Part shown: one piece after another, positions 1 through 10,886 of the stretch
Layout of the letters: each line of letters opens with the position of its first letter
Position numbering within the stretch: the stretch's first letter is position 1
DNA from: Microcoleus sp.
Lineage (GTDB): Bacteria > Cyanobacteriota > Cyanobacteriia > Cyanobacteriales > Microcoleaceae
Reading direction: 5' to 3'
Assembly (NCBI GenBank): GCA_042408215.1
Contig: JAYFMW010000011.1
Coordinates: 26,032 to 90,031, forward strand
DNA length: 64,000 nucleotides
Translations under genes and position numbers: made by a program
The notes under the pieces: model-generated
What the model was told of the DNA's origin: nothing
Database searches by the model: none
What the model saw: only the letters and a program-made list of their open reading frames with translations

Positions 1-4
1 GGAT

Positions 5-187
5 ATGATTTTTCTGCGGGATGGAGTGGTGACAGCGATCGAAGCCGGAGCACCTCCTTGTACTGCTGATCCTTGTCCCACCTACGGCCCCAATACTATT
101 GTCGATCGAGTCATCGAACTCCGCAGCGGGCGAGCTGCTGAACTCGGCCTCAAAGTGGGCGATCGCATTGCGATCGAGTTTTTTTGA
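5..187 (+). CDS. DUF192 family protein, C-terminal part (truncated by window edge)
   Basis: APPCTADPCPTYGP...VIELRSGRAAELGLKVGD is the typical DUF192 C-terminus. Confidence 0.85.
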   Translation: MIFLRDGVVTAIEAGAPPCTADPCPTYGPNTIVDRVIELRSGRAAELGLKVGDRIAIEFF

Positions 188-213
188 CCCAACAGTCCTG
201 GACGAATACCAAA

Positions 214-279
214 GAAACCGGGTTTTTCACGAGTGTTAAAGCGTCAAACGCAGTATTTCCGTAAAAAAACCCGGTTTCT
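214..279. repeat. GAAACCGGGTTTTT...AAAAACCCGGTTTC palindromic REP-like element
   Basis: Inverted arms; related copies at ~955-1021, 5250-5312, 21377-21437, 22193-22254, 38146-38177 and 60028-60092. Confidence 0.8.
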
Positions 280-1136
280 GCGTCGAGGACTGTGAAAGTA
301 TGGGAAAAATTTAGAAACTTTACAAAACTTGATTAAATCTGTTAAATTATTAATAATTAAGTCAGTACAAATACCAAAAGATTTGCTACGATGTCAATCT
401 TAGTCAGTCTGGGCTTGAGCTTGTTTGCCGAAACTGTAGATTTTTAGTCCTAGGTGTGAGAGACGAGTCAGCGACTCGCTGCTCATTCTGAGAGACGATG
501 CTCAGCCTCAGAGGCTCGCAGCAGAAAAAGAAATTCTCTGGAACTTCTTTTAATCCAGCTAAATCTACTAAACTGCTCCGAAGCTCAATGCTACGAGCAA
601 AATTCACTAGCAAAGTTAACTTCAGGTAGCCGGTTCAGGTTCGATCGCCAGAGCTCACCTATTTTTTGGGAAGTAGATTTGCGGATTCTACATTTTGGCA
701 GATGAAGTTAAACTCTGAAACTGTTTTAGTAGTTTGAAGTAGCAGATTTTTTTTCAGATTCGTGCTGCAAAGATGCCGAGGTGCTCAGTTTAGGTTCGAT
801 CGCACATCCTGGGATCCCCTAGCGAAAAAAATCCAAAACCTTTCACTTTTTGGGAAAGGTTGGCTTGAGATGGGCGCTCAGCAAAAAACTTCGCATTTTC
901 AACGGCAAATACTGTTTTAACAGATATCAACGGTAACAAGACAGATTGGGTCCAAAAACCCGGTTTCTGCGTCAAGAGCTCTCGGATAAATCAACGATTT
1001 TTCGGAGAAACCGGGTTTTTTGCGTCCAGGACTAAGATATCAACGGCTACAAGACAGATTTAAAACTGGCTTATTACTCATCAAAAACATCAGGTTCGCA
1101 TCAGAAAATGGTGTCCTACACTTGGAGGCAAAATTC

Positions 1137-1352
1137 ATGGCACCCGCTACATACACAAGATTAATTCGATTTTTACAAGAAGATTTGGCGATTTCTCGTG
1201 CGTCAATTGATGTCGCTGAACGTGTTGGCGCTAACGAACAGCGGCAACGCGATCGCGACCCGAATTCCTTGCCAATGGTATTGTGGCAGTACGGTTTGGT
1301 GACGCTAGAACAATTGGATAAAATCTTTGATTGGTTAGCCCAAGCATATTAA
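1137..1352 (+). CDS. DUF2949 domain protein
   Basis: LIRFLQEDLAIS...LPMVLWQYGLVTLEQLDKIFDWL; ATG at 1137 preferred over the upstream TTG. Confidence 0.85.
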   Translation: MAPATYTRLIRFLQEDLAISRASIDVAERVGANEQRQRDRDPNSLPMVLWQYGLVTLEQLDKIFDWLAQAY

Positions 1353-1414
1353 AAGGATTTTAGATTTTATATTTTATCTAAAATCTAAAACCCAAAATCC
1401 TTTAACAACTTGGA

Positions 1415-2572
1415 TTAAGATTCAGCTAAAAGTTTCGCAGCAGCGGCAACGCCGGCACCGGGAGTAAAGCCTTCGTAACCCAATTCTAGCAGCACCACTT
1501 CTAAGGAAGAAATTGCTGCTAGAATATCCCGATCGCACACAAAGCCCAAATGACCAATGCGGAAGATTTTGCCCTTCAAATGGTCTTGTCCGTCGGCTAG
1601 CGCAATGTCAAATCTCTTTTTCATCAAAGTCCGCACCTTTTGTGCATCTACTTCGGCGGGCGGCATCACTGAAGTAATCGCAGGGCTGGCGCAATCATCG
1701 GCAGCAAATAAGGGCAAACCTAAAGCTGTGACAGCGGCGCGAGTAGTTGTCATCAACCGTTTGTGCCGCGCGAAGACATTTTCTAGCCCTTCTGCTTTCA
1801 TCATCTGCAAAGTAACTTGCAGTCCAAAAAACATATTGACCGGTGGAGTAAAAGGAGTTGTATTTTTGGCCGCGTCTTTGCGATATTTGCCCAAATCTAA
1901 GTAATAGCGGGGCAATTTCGCAGTCTTGTAAGCTTCCCAAGCTTTAGGACTGACGGCGACAAAACCCAAACCAGGGGGAATCATGTAAGCTTTCTGAGAA
2001 CCAGAAGCAATCACATCAATTCCCCAAGCATCCATCGGAACATTGGCAGCCCCTAAACTGGTGACAGCATCGACCATAATTAAAGCTTCACCGTGGGCTT
2101 TAACGTGGCGGTTGATGGTTTCGAGGTCATTGAGGACGCCGGTGGAGGTTTCGGAGTGGGTGATGATGACAGCTTTGATTTGCTTGTCTGTGTCTGCTTC
2201 GAGTTTTTCGCGGAAGTTTTCGGGGTCTAAAGGTTGGCCCCACTCGGCTTTGACGATTTCGACATTTAAACCGTAAGCTTCTGCGACTTCGGCCCAACGT
2301 TCACCAAATTTACCATTGGTGCCGACTAAAACGCGATCGCCCGCACTCAAGAAATTAATAATCCCAGCTTCCATCGCGCCGGTACCGGAAACGGTTAAAC
2401 TCAGGACGTCACTCTTTGTTTGGTGCAACCATTTCAGGTTTTCGGTACATTCTGCAAAAATGGCATCGAATTCCTTGCTGCGGTGGCCCATCGGGTGTTT
2501 GGCCATCGCCAGCAAAGCCGCTTCGGGCACCGGCGTGGGGCCGGGAATCATCAGCATTAATTTGTTTTCCAT
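1415..2572 (-). CDS. Alanine-glyoxylate/serine-pyruvate aminotransferase (class V PLP enzyme)
   Basis: MIPGPTPVP N-terminus, DAVTS, GSQKAY PLP-lysine motif, FRIGHLG. Confidence 0.93.
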   Translation of the reverse strand: MENKLMLMIPGPTPVPEAALLAMAKHPMGHRSKEFDAIFAECTENLKWLHQTKSDVLSLTVSGTGAMEAGIINFLSAGDRVLVGTNGKFGERWAEVAEAYGLNVEIVKAEWGQPLDPENFREKLEADTDKQIKAVIITHSETSTGVLNDLETINRHVKAHGEALIMVDAVTSLGAANVPMDAWGIDVIASGSQKAYMIPPGLGFVAVSPKAWEAYKTAKLPRYYLDLGKYRKDAAKNTTPFTPPVNMFFGLQVTLQMMKAEGLENVFARHKRLMTTTRAAVTALGLPLFAADDCASPAITSVMPPAEVDAQKVRTLMKKRFDIALADGQDHLKGKIFRIGHLGFVCDRDILAAISSLEVVLLELGYEGFTPGAGVAAAAKLLAES

Positions 2573-2664
2573 GATGTTGTCCTAACTATTTCGGTGGGAG
2601 TTATATACAATAAATCAAAAAGCTCAATTGCCGAATCCGCACCCTAAGTTTTTTAATTTTTAGC

Positions 2665-2898
2665 TCATATAGGGTTAGTTTCATTTAGAGACCAGCGGTG
2701 TTCTACTGCTAAGTTCGATCGCTCGCAACTTTGTTCTAACTGTTTCTGAAGGGCCAGGGCTTTCCGCAAAGTAACGATCAGTTGGTGAACTTGTGCTTGC
2801 TGCGGTGATTTTTGACTGACAGCAAACATCGTTTTGCGTTCCAACAATTGAAGTAGCAATTCGTAGTGAATGTACGACGGAAGGGGAATTGGATCCAT
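2665..2898 (-). CDS. DUF5340 family cyanobacterial protein
   Basis: PLPSYIHYELLLQLLERKT...LRKALALQKQLE...HRWSLN. Confidence 0.8.
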   Translation of the reverse strand: MDPIPLPSYIHYELLLQLLERKTMFAVSQKSPQQAQVHQLIVTLRKALALQKQLEQSCERSNLAVEHRWSLNETNPI

Positions 2899-3044
2899 GA
2901 AAGATGACATACCTCGGTGAACCGACACCCCATTGCAAGTCGCATCAGGGGCATCACAGGTGAACGATAAATGCCTGTTTTCTGCTTTTTCTCTATCAAC
3001 TCTTATCAGAATTCAGGGCTATTTGTCAAGCTGTCTGGCGTTTC

Positions 3045-3135
3045 ATATCGTTTACGGTTATTTCGGAATGATTTAACCGCAGAGACCGCAGAGACCGCAG
3101 AGGAAGAGCAGAGAGAGATGAGTAATTCTGATGCC
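3045..3135. repeat. ~100-bp dispersed element with ACCGCAGAG/CGCAGAG sub-repeats
   Basis: Reverse-complement relatives at ~30581-30682 and 57317-57406; partial copies at ~19660 and ~57175. Confidence 0.65.
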
Positions 3136-3161
3136 ACATCTCACTATCATTTTTGGTTCTG

Positions 3162-4080
3162 TTAAGTTGTCACTAATGGATGGGGAGTGGCGATGTTGGC
3201 GGCAAGGGAGGCTAAAGCTGCGCCCGGATCTGGCTGTTTGACTAGGGATTCGCCAATCAGGACGGCACCGGCCCCGGCATTGGCAACTTGAGCGAGGTCG
3301 TCGGGGGTGTGGATGCCTGACTCGCTGACGGTGAGGATGCCTTTTGCTTGGATTTCGGTTTGGCGGGAGGCTAATAGTTGGCTGGTGGTTTCTAGGCTGA
3401 CGGAAAAGTCTGCTAGGTTGCGGTTGTTGATGCCGATCAGGTTTACGCCTTCTAGGGTTAATACGCGATCGAGTTCTGCTTGAGTGTGAACTTCGATTAA
3501 GGCTGTCATGCCTAATGTCTTGACAATTTTCACAAAGTATTGTAAGTCTTTGTCAGACAGAATGGCTGCGATTAAAAGTACGGCATCCGCGCCGTGAATG
3601 CGGGCGAGATAGATTTGGTAGGGATAGATGATAAACTCTTTGCAAAGCAGGGGTAAATCCACGGCTGAACGGATGTTGCTGAGGTTTTCAAAGCTGCCTT
3701 GAAAGAATTTTTCGTCGGTGAGTACGGAGATGCAAGTTGCGCCGTTTTCTTGGTAGGATTTGGCGATCGCCACTGGATCGAAATCTTCACGAATTACGCC
3801 TTTACTTGGGGAAGCTTTTTTGACTTCGGCGATGATGGCGGGTTTGGTTTTGCCGTTTTTTAGGGCGCTGAGAAAGTCGCGGGTTGGTGGTGCGAAGGGG
3901 AGTTTTTTGTGAAGATCGTGCTAAGGGGGTGCGATCGCGCTTTTGGGCTACTTCTGTTTCTTTTTCCCAGACGATTTCTTCGAGGATGTGCTGGGGTTCG
4001 GCGTCGGGTACGGCGATTTTGTAGCTGAGGTAGAGTACGGAGACGGAGGTGCTGGGGGGACGGCGGCGGATTTGGAGCAT
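3162..4080 (-). CDS. trpC: Indole-3-glycerol phosphate synthase, split by a +1 frameshift near 3920
   Basis: [13 protein letters not shown] in one frame; [36 protein letters not shown] and LIGESLV in the other; removing one base near 3920 joins them. Confidence 0.92.
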
Positions 4081-4155
4081 GATAGGGGGGATTAAGGGGA
4101 TAAAGGGCGATCGCACAAGTTTCAATCTATTATATAATAGAAGTCTCTATTACGA

Positions 4156-4560
4156 TTAATTGAACAGAAACAAACTCGGATTGACATGAAAAAACTTTCC
4201 CAAAGCCTCAGCTTGTTTTGGGGTAATTTCTAGTTGGTTATTAATGATTTGAGTTACTATCTCAATTGTATCCATAATTCCCACTAAATCCGCTGGTTCT
4301 AGACTTCTAGCGTCCATCAAATGAAGAAGTCTTGAGTGGGGAGTTGAAGCATTTATTTGATAAGATTTTTCTTCAAAATCTTCAATTAATTTGACTAATA
4401 GTTCTAGGAGAGTATCTTCTTCGGGAGTTAGATGGTTCCGAGAGAGCAAATTTTCAACGATTTCCAAAAATATCTCGTTTTCATCTTCATTTTTGATGAT
4501 TCGAGGTTGATATTGAGATAGCAGGCTGCTGTACTTGTCGGAGTCAAAAGTAAGGATCAT
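4156..4560 (-). CDS. higA: HigA-type HTH antitoxin
   Basis: PRIIKNEDENE...LLELLVKLIEDFE...QAEALGKFFHV; overlaps the upstream HigB. Confidence 0.85.
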   Translation of the reverse strand: MILTFDSDKYSSLLSQYQPRIIKNEDENEIFLEIVENLLSRNHLTPEEDTLLELLVKLIEDFEEKSYQINASTPHSRLLHLMDARSLEPADLVGIMDTIEIVTQIINNQLEITPKQAEALGKFFHVNPSLFLFN

Positions 4561-4843
4561 TTTTCCAGTTGTCTTTGTCATATTCTGCATGAGTCAAAAT
4601 GTACTTGATATAAACAATCTGCTTTTGATAGTTAAGACTTACGATTAAGCGATATTTATTTCCTTTGATGTTGAAAATTGTAAAATTTCCAACTGCTTCA
4701 GCTTGAGGATAAATAGTTTGAACTTCAATAAGCTTAGTCCAATTGGCTTGACTAGCAATCTTGTACCAATCATCGAGGGCTTCGCAGGAATCAGCATGAT
4801 TTTGGCAGTAGTCTCTTAATTTTTTTCGACTGATAACGTGCAT
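4544..4843 (-). CDS. higB: HigB family type II toxin (RelE fold)
   Basis: MHVISRKKL...FNIKGNKYRLI...THAEYDK signature. Confidence 0.92.
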   Translation of the reverse strand: MHVISRKKLRDYCQNHADSCEALDDWYKIASQANWTKLIEVQTIYPQAEAVGNFTIFNIKGNKYRLIVSLNYQKQIVYIKYILTHAEYDKDNWKNDPYF

Positions 4844-4916
4844 TTAGCGATGAATTGACAAATTAGATTGAATTTGATTATGATACAATTGTTGGACTAC
4901 GCTTGGCCTAAGTGGA

Positions 4917-5171
4917 TTAACAAAGAGGTTTGGCCGTTCTGGCTTTTGCCTGTTTCAGAGCACTCAATAAGCGATCGGCATTTTTGGGCGATCGCAGCAG
5001 GTGCAATGTCTCCAATAAGCTTGCCAACTCGTCAGCGGCAATTAAGGCTACGTTTTCGCCGTCTTTGCGGGTGATGATGATGGCATCGCGATCGCTGATG
5101 ACTTGTTCGCACAGTTGATCGAGATTGGCCTGAGCTTCAGTATAGGTTACTTGGGTTTGTGTGAGTGACAT
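4917..5171 (-). CDS. yefM: Phd/YefM family antitoxin (no cognate YoeB adjacent)
   Basis: YTEAQANL...IIITRKDGENVALI...ETLHLLRSPKNADRL. Confidence 0.85.
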   Translation of the reverse strand: MSLTQTQVTYTEAQANLDQLCEQVISDRDAIIITRKDGENVALIAADELASLLETLHLLRSPKNADRLLSALKQAKARTAKPLC

Positions 5172-5676
5172 GGTTTTTGGCTTCCCAATACTAAGAATAT
5201 TATAAGGGCGATCGGGTGATTAGAAGTCTTTATTTATAGCATTGAGGCAGAAACCGGGTTTTTTCCCAAATTTTTGCGTGAGTACCTTTAACCTTGCTAA
5301 AAACCCGGTTTCTTGAGTGACTACTGCTGTATAACTTTTGAGAATTGGGATAAGAAGCGGTATTGGCAAGCTGCAACATATGTGTTAAACTCAGCAAAAG
5401 CTCTGGCGCGAGTGGAATACAGCGGTGTCCTGGTAAATGAATTACAAAAAAAACTGGTTGGTGTTGCAGCGGTATCCCGTGTCCGCCCTCTGATTTTTAG
5501 ATGTATACTCAATCAACCTAAAATCTACTTTAAGTTAGCTAATTTGTGGCTGTGGAGCGCACAAGCAGCAAAGCCGGAACGTCAAAGGACACAATAATTG
5601 GTGGCTAATTTGCTTGAATTTGGAATCTAGCCAGATTAGCGATTTAACGCCATCTCAAAATATCTACTAACGGGTA

Positions 5677-7206
5677 ATGGGTAACAGAAAAATGACTCCT
5701 GACGAAATTCGCCAAAAAATTCAACAAGTCAAGAAACAACGCCTCACTGAATTAGATTTGAGCGATTGTTCATTAACCGAAATTCCGACCGAGGTGTTTG
5801 AGTTGAAATGGCTGAAAACGTTGATTTTAAATATCAACCAACTGACAAGCGTACCAGAATCTATCACCCGTCTTACCAATTTATCCCAACTTAATTTACG
5901 TTACAACCAACTGACGAGCGTATCAGAATCTATCACCCGTCTCACCAATTTATCCGAACTTAATTTAAATCACAACCAACTGACGAGCGTACCAGAATCT
6001 ATCGGCCGTCTCACCAATTTATCCCAACTTAATTTAGGTGACAACCAACTGAAGAGCGTACCAGAATCTATCACCAGTCTCACCAATTTATCCCAACTTA
6101 ATTTAAGTTACAACCAACTGAAGAGCGTACCAGAATTTATCACCCGTCTCACCAATTTATCCTATCTTGATTTAAGTTCCAACCCACTAAGGAGCGTACC
6201 AGAATCTATCACCCGTCTCACCAATTTATCCTATCTTGATTTAAGTTCCAACCCACTAAGGAGCGTACCAGAATCTATCACCCGTCTCACCAATTTATCC
6301 TATCTTGGTTTAAGTTACAACCAACTGACGAGCGTACCAGAACCTATCACCCGTCTCACCAATTTATCCTATCTTGATTTAGGTAACAACCAACTGACGA
6401 GCGTACCAGAATCTATCGGCCGTCTCACCAATTTATCCACACTTGATTTAAGTGAAAACCAACTGACAAGCGTACCAGAATCTATCACCCGTCTCACCAA
6501 TTTATCCGCACTTGATTTAAGTTCCAATCAACTGACGAGCGTACCAGAATCTATCGCCCGTCTCACCAATTTATCCGAACTTGATTTAAGTTCCAACCAA
6601 CTGACGAGCGTACCAGAATCTATCACCAGTCTCACCAATTTATCCGTACTTAATTTACGTTACAACGAACTGACGAGCGTACCAGAATCTATCGGCCGTC
6701 TCACCAATTTATCCCAACTTAATTTAAGTGAGAACCAACTGACGAGCGTACCAGAATCTATCACCCGTCTCACCAATTTATCCGTACTTGATTTAGGCAT
6801 CAACGAACTGACGAGCGTACCAGAAACTATCGGCCGTCTCACCAATTTATCCGTACTTGATTTAATTGGGAACAACGAACTGACGAGCGTGCCAAAATCT
6901 ATCGGCCGTCTCACCAATTTATCCGCACTTGATTTAAGCAACAACAAACTGACGAGCGTGCCAGAATCTATCGGCCGTCTCACCAATCGCTTCAGCCAGA
7001 CTTGATTTAAGGGACAACCCCCTCAAAGAGCCCCCACTTGAAATTGCGGAAAAAGGTATTAACGCGATCCGCGAATATTTCCGTCAAAAGCAAGGAGGAG
7101 AAGACACCCTCTAGGAAGCCAAATTAATCATTTTTCTCCCTGTGTTGCAGTTTAAGGAAGCTATTAATATGGTCAAGGCTATAGTTGAAGCAGCTCAACT
7201 CCAATA
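5677..7206 (+). pseudogene. Leucine-rich-repeat protein (~18 x 23-aa LRRs), degenerate LRR-Roc-COR (Roco) gene
   Basis: 69-bp LTNLSxLDLSxNQLTSVPESIxR tandem; after a frameshift near 6990-7000 it reads LDLRDNPLKEPPLEIAEKGINAIREYF...DTL*EAKLII. Confidence 0.8.
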
Positions 7207-7366
7207 GTCTTTTAAATCCATGACCTGAAAATGCTCGGCACAGGCTATGTTGCTCTGGTATTTATGAGAATTGACTTGGCTGCTGAAAGTGCGATCGCGA
7301 ATGTCGATCGCACTTTCACTTAATATGTCTGATTTGACATATAATTTAAAAAAACCTAAAATATAG

Positions 7367-7708
7367 ATGGTAGATTCGGAAAGCAAACCCCTTGTCTGGC
7401 TTAGTGGGGAAGTAAAAACACCGCCATTTTCTACTGATGCGCGTATTCAAGCCGGATTTCTGCTGCGAAAGCTACAGGATGGCGAAAGCCTCTCCATGCC
7501 ATTCTCTCGCCCTATGCCAAGCATCGGAGCTCATTGTCACGAGATCCGTCTAGCAGATTCAGAGACAAACAAGGATTGGCGCATCATTTATCGAATTGAT
7601 GTAGATGCTATTATTATAGTGGATGTATTTAACAAAACCACAAACAAAACACCGGATTCTATAATTGAAAAATGTAAAAAGCGCTTGAAGCAATACGACC
7701 AAATTTAA
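7367..7708 (+). CDS. RelE/ParE (Gp49-like) type II toxin
   Basis: KPLVWLSGEVKTPPFS...SRPMPSIG..CHEIR...WRIIYR..F.K.T.KTP. Confidence 0.88.
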   Translation: MVDSESKPLVWLSGEVKTPPFSTDARIQAGFLLRKLQDGESLSMPFSRPMPSIGAHCHEIRLADSETNKDWRIIYRIDVDAIIIVDVFNKTTNKTPDSIIEKCKKRLKQYDQI

Positions 7709-7730
7709 ATTGATATCAGGAAGGTATTTT

Positions 7731-8051
7731 ATGGACACAGCTAAACGCCAACGCTTAGAAGCAGCAGGATGGACAATCGGGACAGTAGAGGAATTTCTCG
7801 GACTTTCACCAGAAGAAACAGCCTTCATAGAAATGAAACTTGCACTGAGTAAAGCCATCAAACAAAACCGGATTAACCAACAGATGACCCAACACGATCT
7901 TGCCCAGAAAATTAAGTCTAGCCAGTCAAGAGTTGCTAAAATGGAAGCTGGCGATCCTTCCGCTTCCATCGATCTGCTGATTCGCACCTTGCTTACTTTT
8001 GGTGCTACACGCCAAGACATTGCTGAGGTAATTCTTAACAGTGGTTCCTGA
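7731..8051 (+). CDS. XRE-family HTH antitoxin
   Basis: AAGWTIGTVEEFLGLS...TQHDLAQKIKSSQSRVAKMEAGDPSASIDLL, directly after the toxin. Confidence 0.88.
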   Translation: MDTAKRQRLEAAGWTIGTVEEFLGLSPEETAFIEMKLALSKAIKQNRINQQMTQHDLAQKIKSSQSRVAKMEAGDPSASIDLLIRTLLTFGATRQDIAEVILNSGS

Positions 8052-8114
8052 CAAATATCTCATTTTAATTGAATTAGTCAAAGTACGATCGCCCTTAAAT
8101 CACTTACAACAAAT

Positions 8115-8441
8115 ATGAGCATTAACGATAAACTTAAGAACATACTGATGCAACTCCGATCGCACTTCGAGCAACTTTACGACAGCCGCCTTGTCACAAT
8201 GGTACTCTACGGTTCCCAAGCGCGAGGCGACGCACGCCCCGACTCAGATATAGATATTTTAGTCGTCCTCAAAGGGCAAGTCAATCCAGGCGAAGAAATT
8301 AAAAAAACCAGTCACATTCGAGCCGATTTGTCACTCCAAAATGATGAAGTCATTAGCTGTCTGTTTATGGATGAACAGCGATTTACGCACTACAACGGGC
8401 CTTTATTGAGGAATATTCGTAAAGAGGGAATAGCTTTATGA
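8115..8441 (+). CDS. Minimal nucleotidyltransferase (MNT antitoxin)
   Basis: LYGSQARGDARPDSDIDILVV motif; overlaps the HEPN gene (ATGA). Confidence 0.92.
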   Translation: MSINDKLKNILMQLRSHFEQLYDSRLVTMVLYGSQARGDARPDSDIDILVVLKGQVNPGEEIKKTSHIRADLSLQNDEVISCLFMDEQRFTHYNGPLLRNIRKEGIAL

Positions 8442-8845
8442 AACCAGAACAATTAGACTTACTACTGAAAGCTCGTCAAAGTCTATCGGCGGCAAAGCTA
8501 TTACTAAATAATGGTTTCCCAGACTATGCCACATCTCGCGCTTATTATGCCATGTTTTACATTGCTGAGGCCTTTTTAGATGGCGAAGAAATGTCATTTT
8601 CCAGTCATGCCGCAGTGATTGGAGCTTTCGGTCGAGAATTTGCCCGTACAGGAAGAGTTCCTGTTGAGTTTCACAGATTTTTAATCGATGCTCAAGACTT
8701 GCGAAATAGTGGGGATTACGGGGGACTTGATACTGTCACTGTCGAGCAAGCTGCGGAGCAAATTAACTGCGGTGAGCAATTTCTCGAATTAGCTGAAAAT
8801 GCGATCGGCACTTTACCGCAAACACGTCAATCGGATAGCCTCTAG
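8438..8845 (+). CDS. HEPN domain toxin (HEPN/MNT pair)
   Basis: SRAYYAMFY, SHAAVIGAFG, RNSGDY motifs. Confidence 0.9.
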   Translation: MKPEQLDLLLKARQSLSAAKLLLNNGFPDYATSRAYYAMFYIAEAFLDGEEMSFSSHAAVIGAFGREFARTGRVPVEFHRFLIDAQDLRNSGDYGGLDTVTVEQAAEQINCGEQFLELAENAIGTLPQTRQSDSL

Positions 8846-9024
8846 ATCCCCCCTAACCCCCCTTAACAAGGGGATTAGGGGGTGGGACAAGAGCATTCAA
8901 AGCCCCTCTTAAAAAGGGGTGAAATGGATTTCAAAGTCCCCCTTCTTAAGGGGGATTTAGGGGGATCGAGACTCGACTACAAACGAGATTGATCAAGGGT
9001 TTAGACTTAATTTGACACCAATGG
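8843..9024. mobile_element. MITE family A, partial copy (right TIR only)
   Basis: GATCCCCC...GGGGGATC core followed by CTTAATTTGACACCAATG. Confidence 0.7.
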
Positions 9025-9042
9025 GAACACCGCCCCTACAAA

Positions 9043-10479
9043 TTAATGACTACCCGCCCCAGCCGCCCGCTTAAACGCCTCATCCAACACTTCCGAAAGC
9101 GTCGGGTGAGTGTGCACTCGGAATGCTAAAGTATGAACAGAATCCCGTTGCGCGATCGCATTTGCCGCCTCCTGAATCAAATCCGAAGCGTGCAAACCGA
9201 AAATGTGAACTCCCAACAACTCCCCCGTATCCTTCCGGTAAATCACCTTAGCCATACCATCAGTTTCCCCTTCAGCAATAGCCTTAGAATTTCCCTTAAA
9301 ATAACTCTTGACAGAAGCTACCTCAAACCCTTCAGCTTTTCCTAACTCCTTAGCCGCCGGTTCCGTCATCCCCACATAGCTAATTTCCGGGTGAGTAAAC
9401 GCCGCCGCCGGGATGCTCAAATAGTCAATTTCCCGATCGCGCCCGCAGATATTTTCCACCGCAGCAATACCCTGAGCAGACGCAGAATGAGCTAACATCA
9501 TCTTGCCATTAACATCGCCGATCGCCCACAAATGCTTGACCGGTTCTCCCCCAGCCAAAACCTGCATCTTATCGTTAACCGGGATATAACCACGCATCGT
9601 TTCCACACCCGCAGTTTCTAAGCCCAAATTCTTACTGACAGGAACTCGGCCAGTCGCTACCAAACAAGCATCTACTTCCAAAACTTCGACAATTTCCTTA
9701 GTTTTGAAATCAGCTAATTCAATAATTACCGGCGAACCAGGAGTAATCTTCTTCGCCAAAACACCCACTTTCGTTTCAATATCGCGAGGTGTAATTAACA
9801 CCCGTTCTGCTAACTTAGCAATATCTGGGTCAAAAGTTGGCATTAATTGATCTAATGCCTCAATCATCGTGATTTCACAGCCCAATGCAGTGTAAATATC
9901 GGAAAATTCCAAACCGATATAGCCGCTACCAATAATTGCGATCCACTTCGGTAGGGATTCCAATCTGACAGCATCGTCGCTAGTAAACACAGTTTTGCCG
10001 TCAATTTCTATCCCCGGAGGGACAAAAGGAATTGAACCGGGAGCGAGAATAATATCCTTGGCCGTAATCGTTTTCTCGCCTTTGTCGGTTTCGATGGTAA
10101 TTTTTTGAGAACCGGCGATTTTACCCCAGCCTTGGATGATATCGACATTCAAACGTTTGAGGCTGTTGGTCAAGTCGCCACGCAGTTTGCTGACAATGGT
10201 GTTAGCATGATTGGCGATCGCTCCTCGATCGAAATCCACACTCCCCAACTGAATCCCCAAAGTCTTAAGGTGGTGAGCATTCCGCAAATCCCGCACCCGC
10301 CCCGAAGCCGCCAGCAGCGCCTTAGAGGGAATACAGCCCCGGTTGACGCAAGTTCCCCCCATGTCGCCCGCTTCGATTATTGCCACTTTCAGCCCGCAGC
10401 TAACGGCGTGGATGGCCGCCCCGTGTCCGCCGACGCCGGCGCCGATAATTGCTAAATCGTAATCAAATCCCTGAGTCAC
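9043..10479 (-). CDS. lpdA: Dihydrolipoyl dehydrogenase (E3)
   Basis: [13 protein letters not shown] disulfide motif, [16 protein letters not shown]. Confidence 0.96.
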   Translation of the reverse strand: MTQGFDYDLAIIGAGVGGHGAAIHAVSCGLKVAIIEAGDMGGTCVNRGCIPSKALLAASGRVRDLRNAHHLKTLGIQLGSVDFDRGAIANHANTIVSKLRGDLTNSLKRLNVDIIQGWGKIAGSQKITIETDKGEKTITAKDIILAPGSIPFVPPGIEIDGKTVFTSDDAVRLESLPKWIAIIGSGYIGLEFSDIYTALGCEITMIEALDQLMPTFDPDIAKLAERVLITPRDIETKVGVLAKKITPGSPVIIELADFKTKEIVEVLEVDACLVATGRVPVSKNLGLETAGVETMRGYIPVNDKMQVLAGGEPVKHLWAIGDVNGKMMLAHSASAQGIAAVENICGRDREIDYLSIPAAAFTHPEISYVGMTEPAAKELGKAEGFEVASVKSYFKGNSKAIAEGETDGMAKVIYRKDTGELLGVHIFGLHASDLIQEAANAIAQRDSVHTLAFRVHTHPTLSEVLDEAFKRAAGAGSH

Positions 10480-10886
10480 CTGATTCTCCTAGTGTTATTT
10501 CTCATCTGAGGACTTAAGCAAAAATACCGTATTTCCGTCATTTCAAGCTGGTACATGGCGATCGCAATCCTGGAATAGGTGCGATCCTGGCATAAGTCCC
10601 GATCCTTATTTTCGACTAGACTAGGATGAATTAGACAAATTTAACCAGTAACTGAGATTTTTTAGAGTCGATGGTTTGGGGTTTGCTATGTATAAATTCT
10701 CAAGTAGGCGGGCGTTAAGCTAAGTAGGGTTTAGGGGCGAGCATTGTCTGGTGGGACTTCTGCATTCGGTTATTCCCTTTTTTGGCTCCGCTTGTTGCTT
10801 TTAATCAGGTTTTTGGGTCTAATATCTGTAAGCTTTGGGAGCTCGCAGAGTTTGCTTGCAATTTTTACGGTCTTATGGAGTGGTTT

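Noticed and set aside
400..900. Possible ncRNA in the long intergenic region upstream of DUF2949
   Set aside because: No recognisable family or convincing structure; it would need an Rfam search or RNA-seq.
5313..5597. 94-aa ORF inside the TA island
   Set aside because: TTG start at a REP edge and no recognisable motif; it may be a gene fragment but I cannot support that.
5840..6990. Possible CRISPR-like or non-coding 69-bp array
   Set aside because: The period is 23 codons, in frame, and encodes canonical LRRs.
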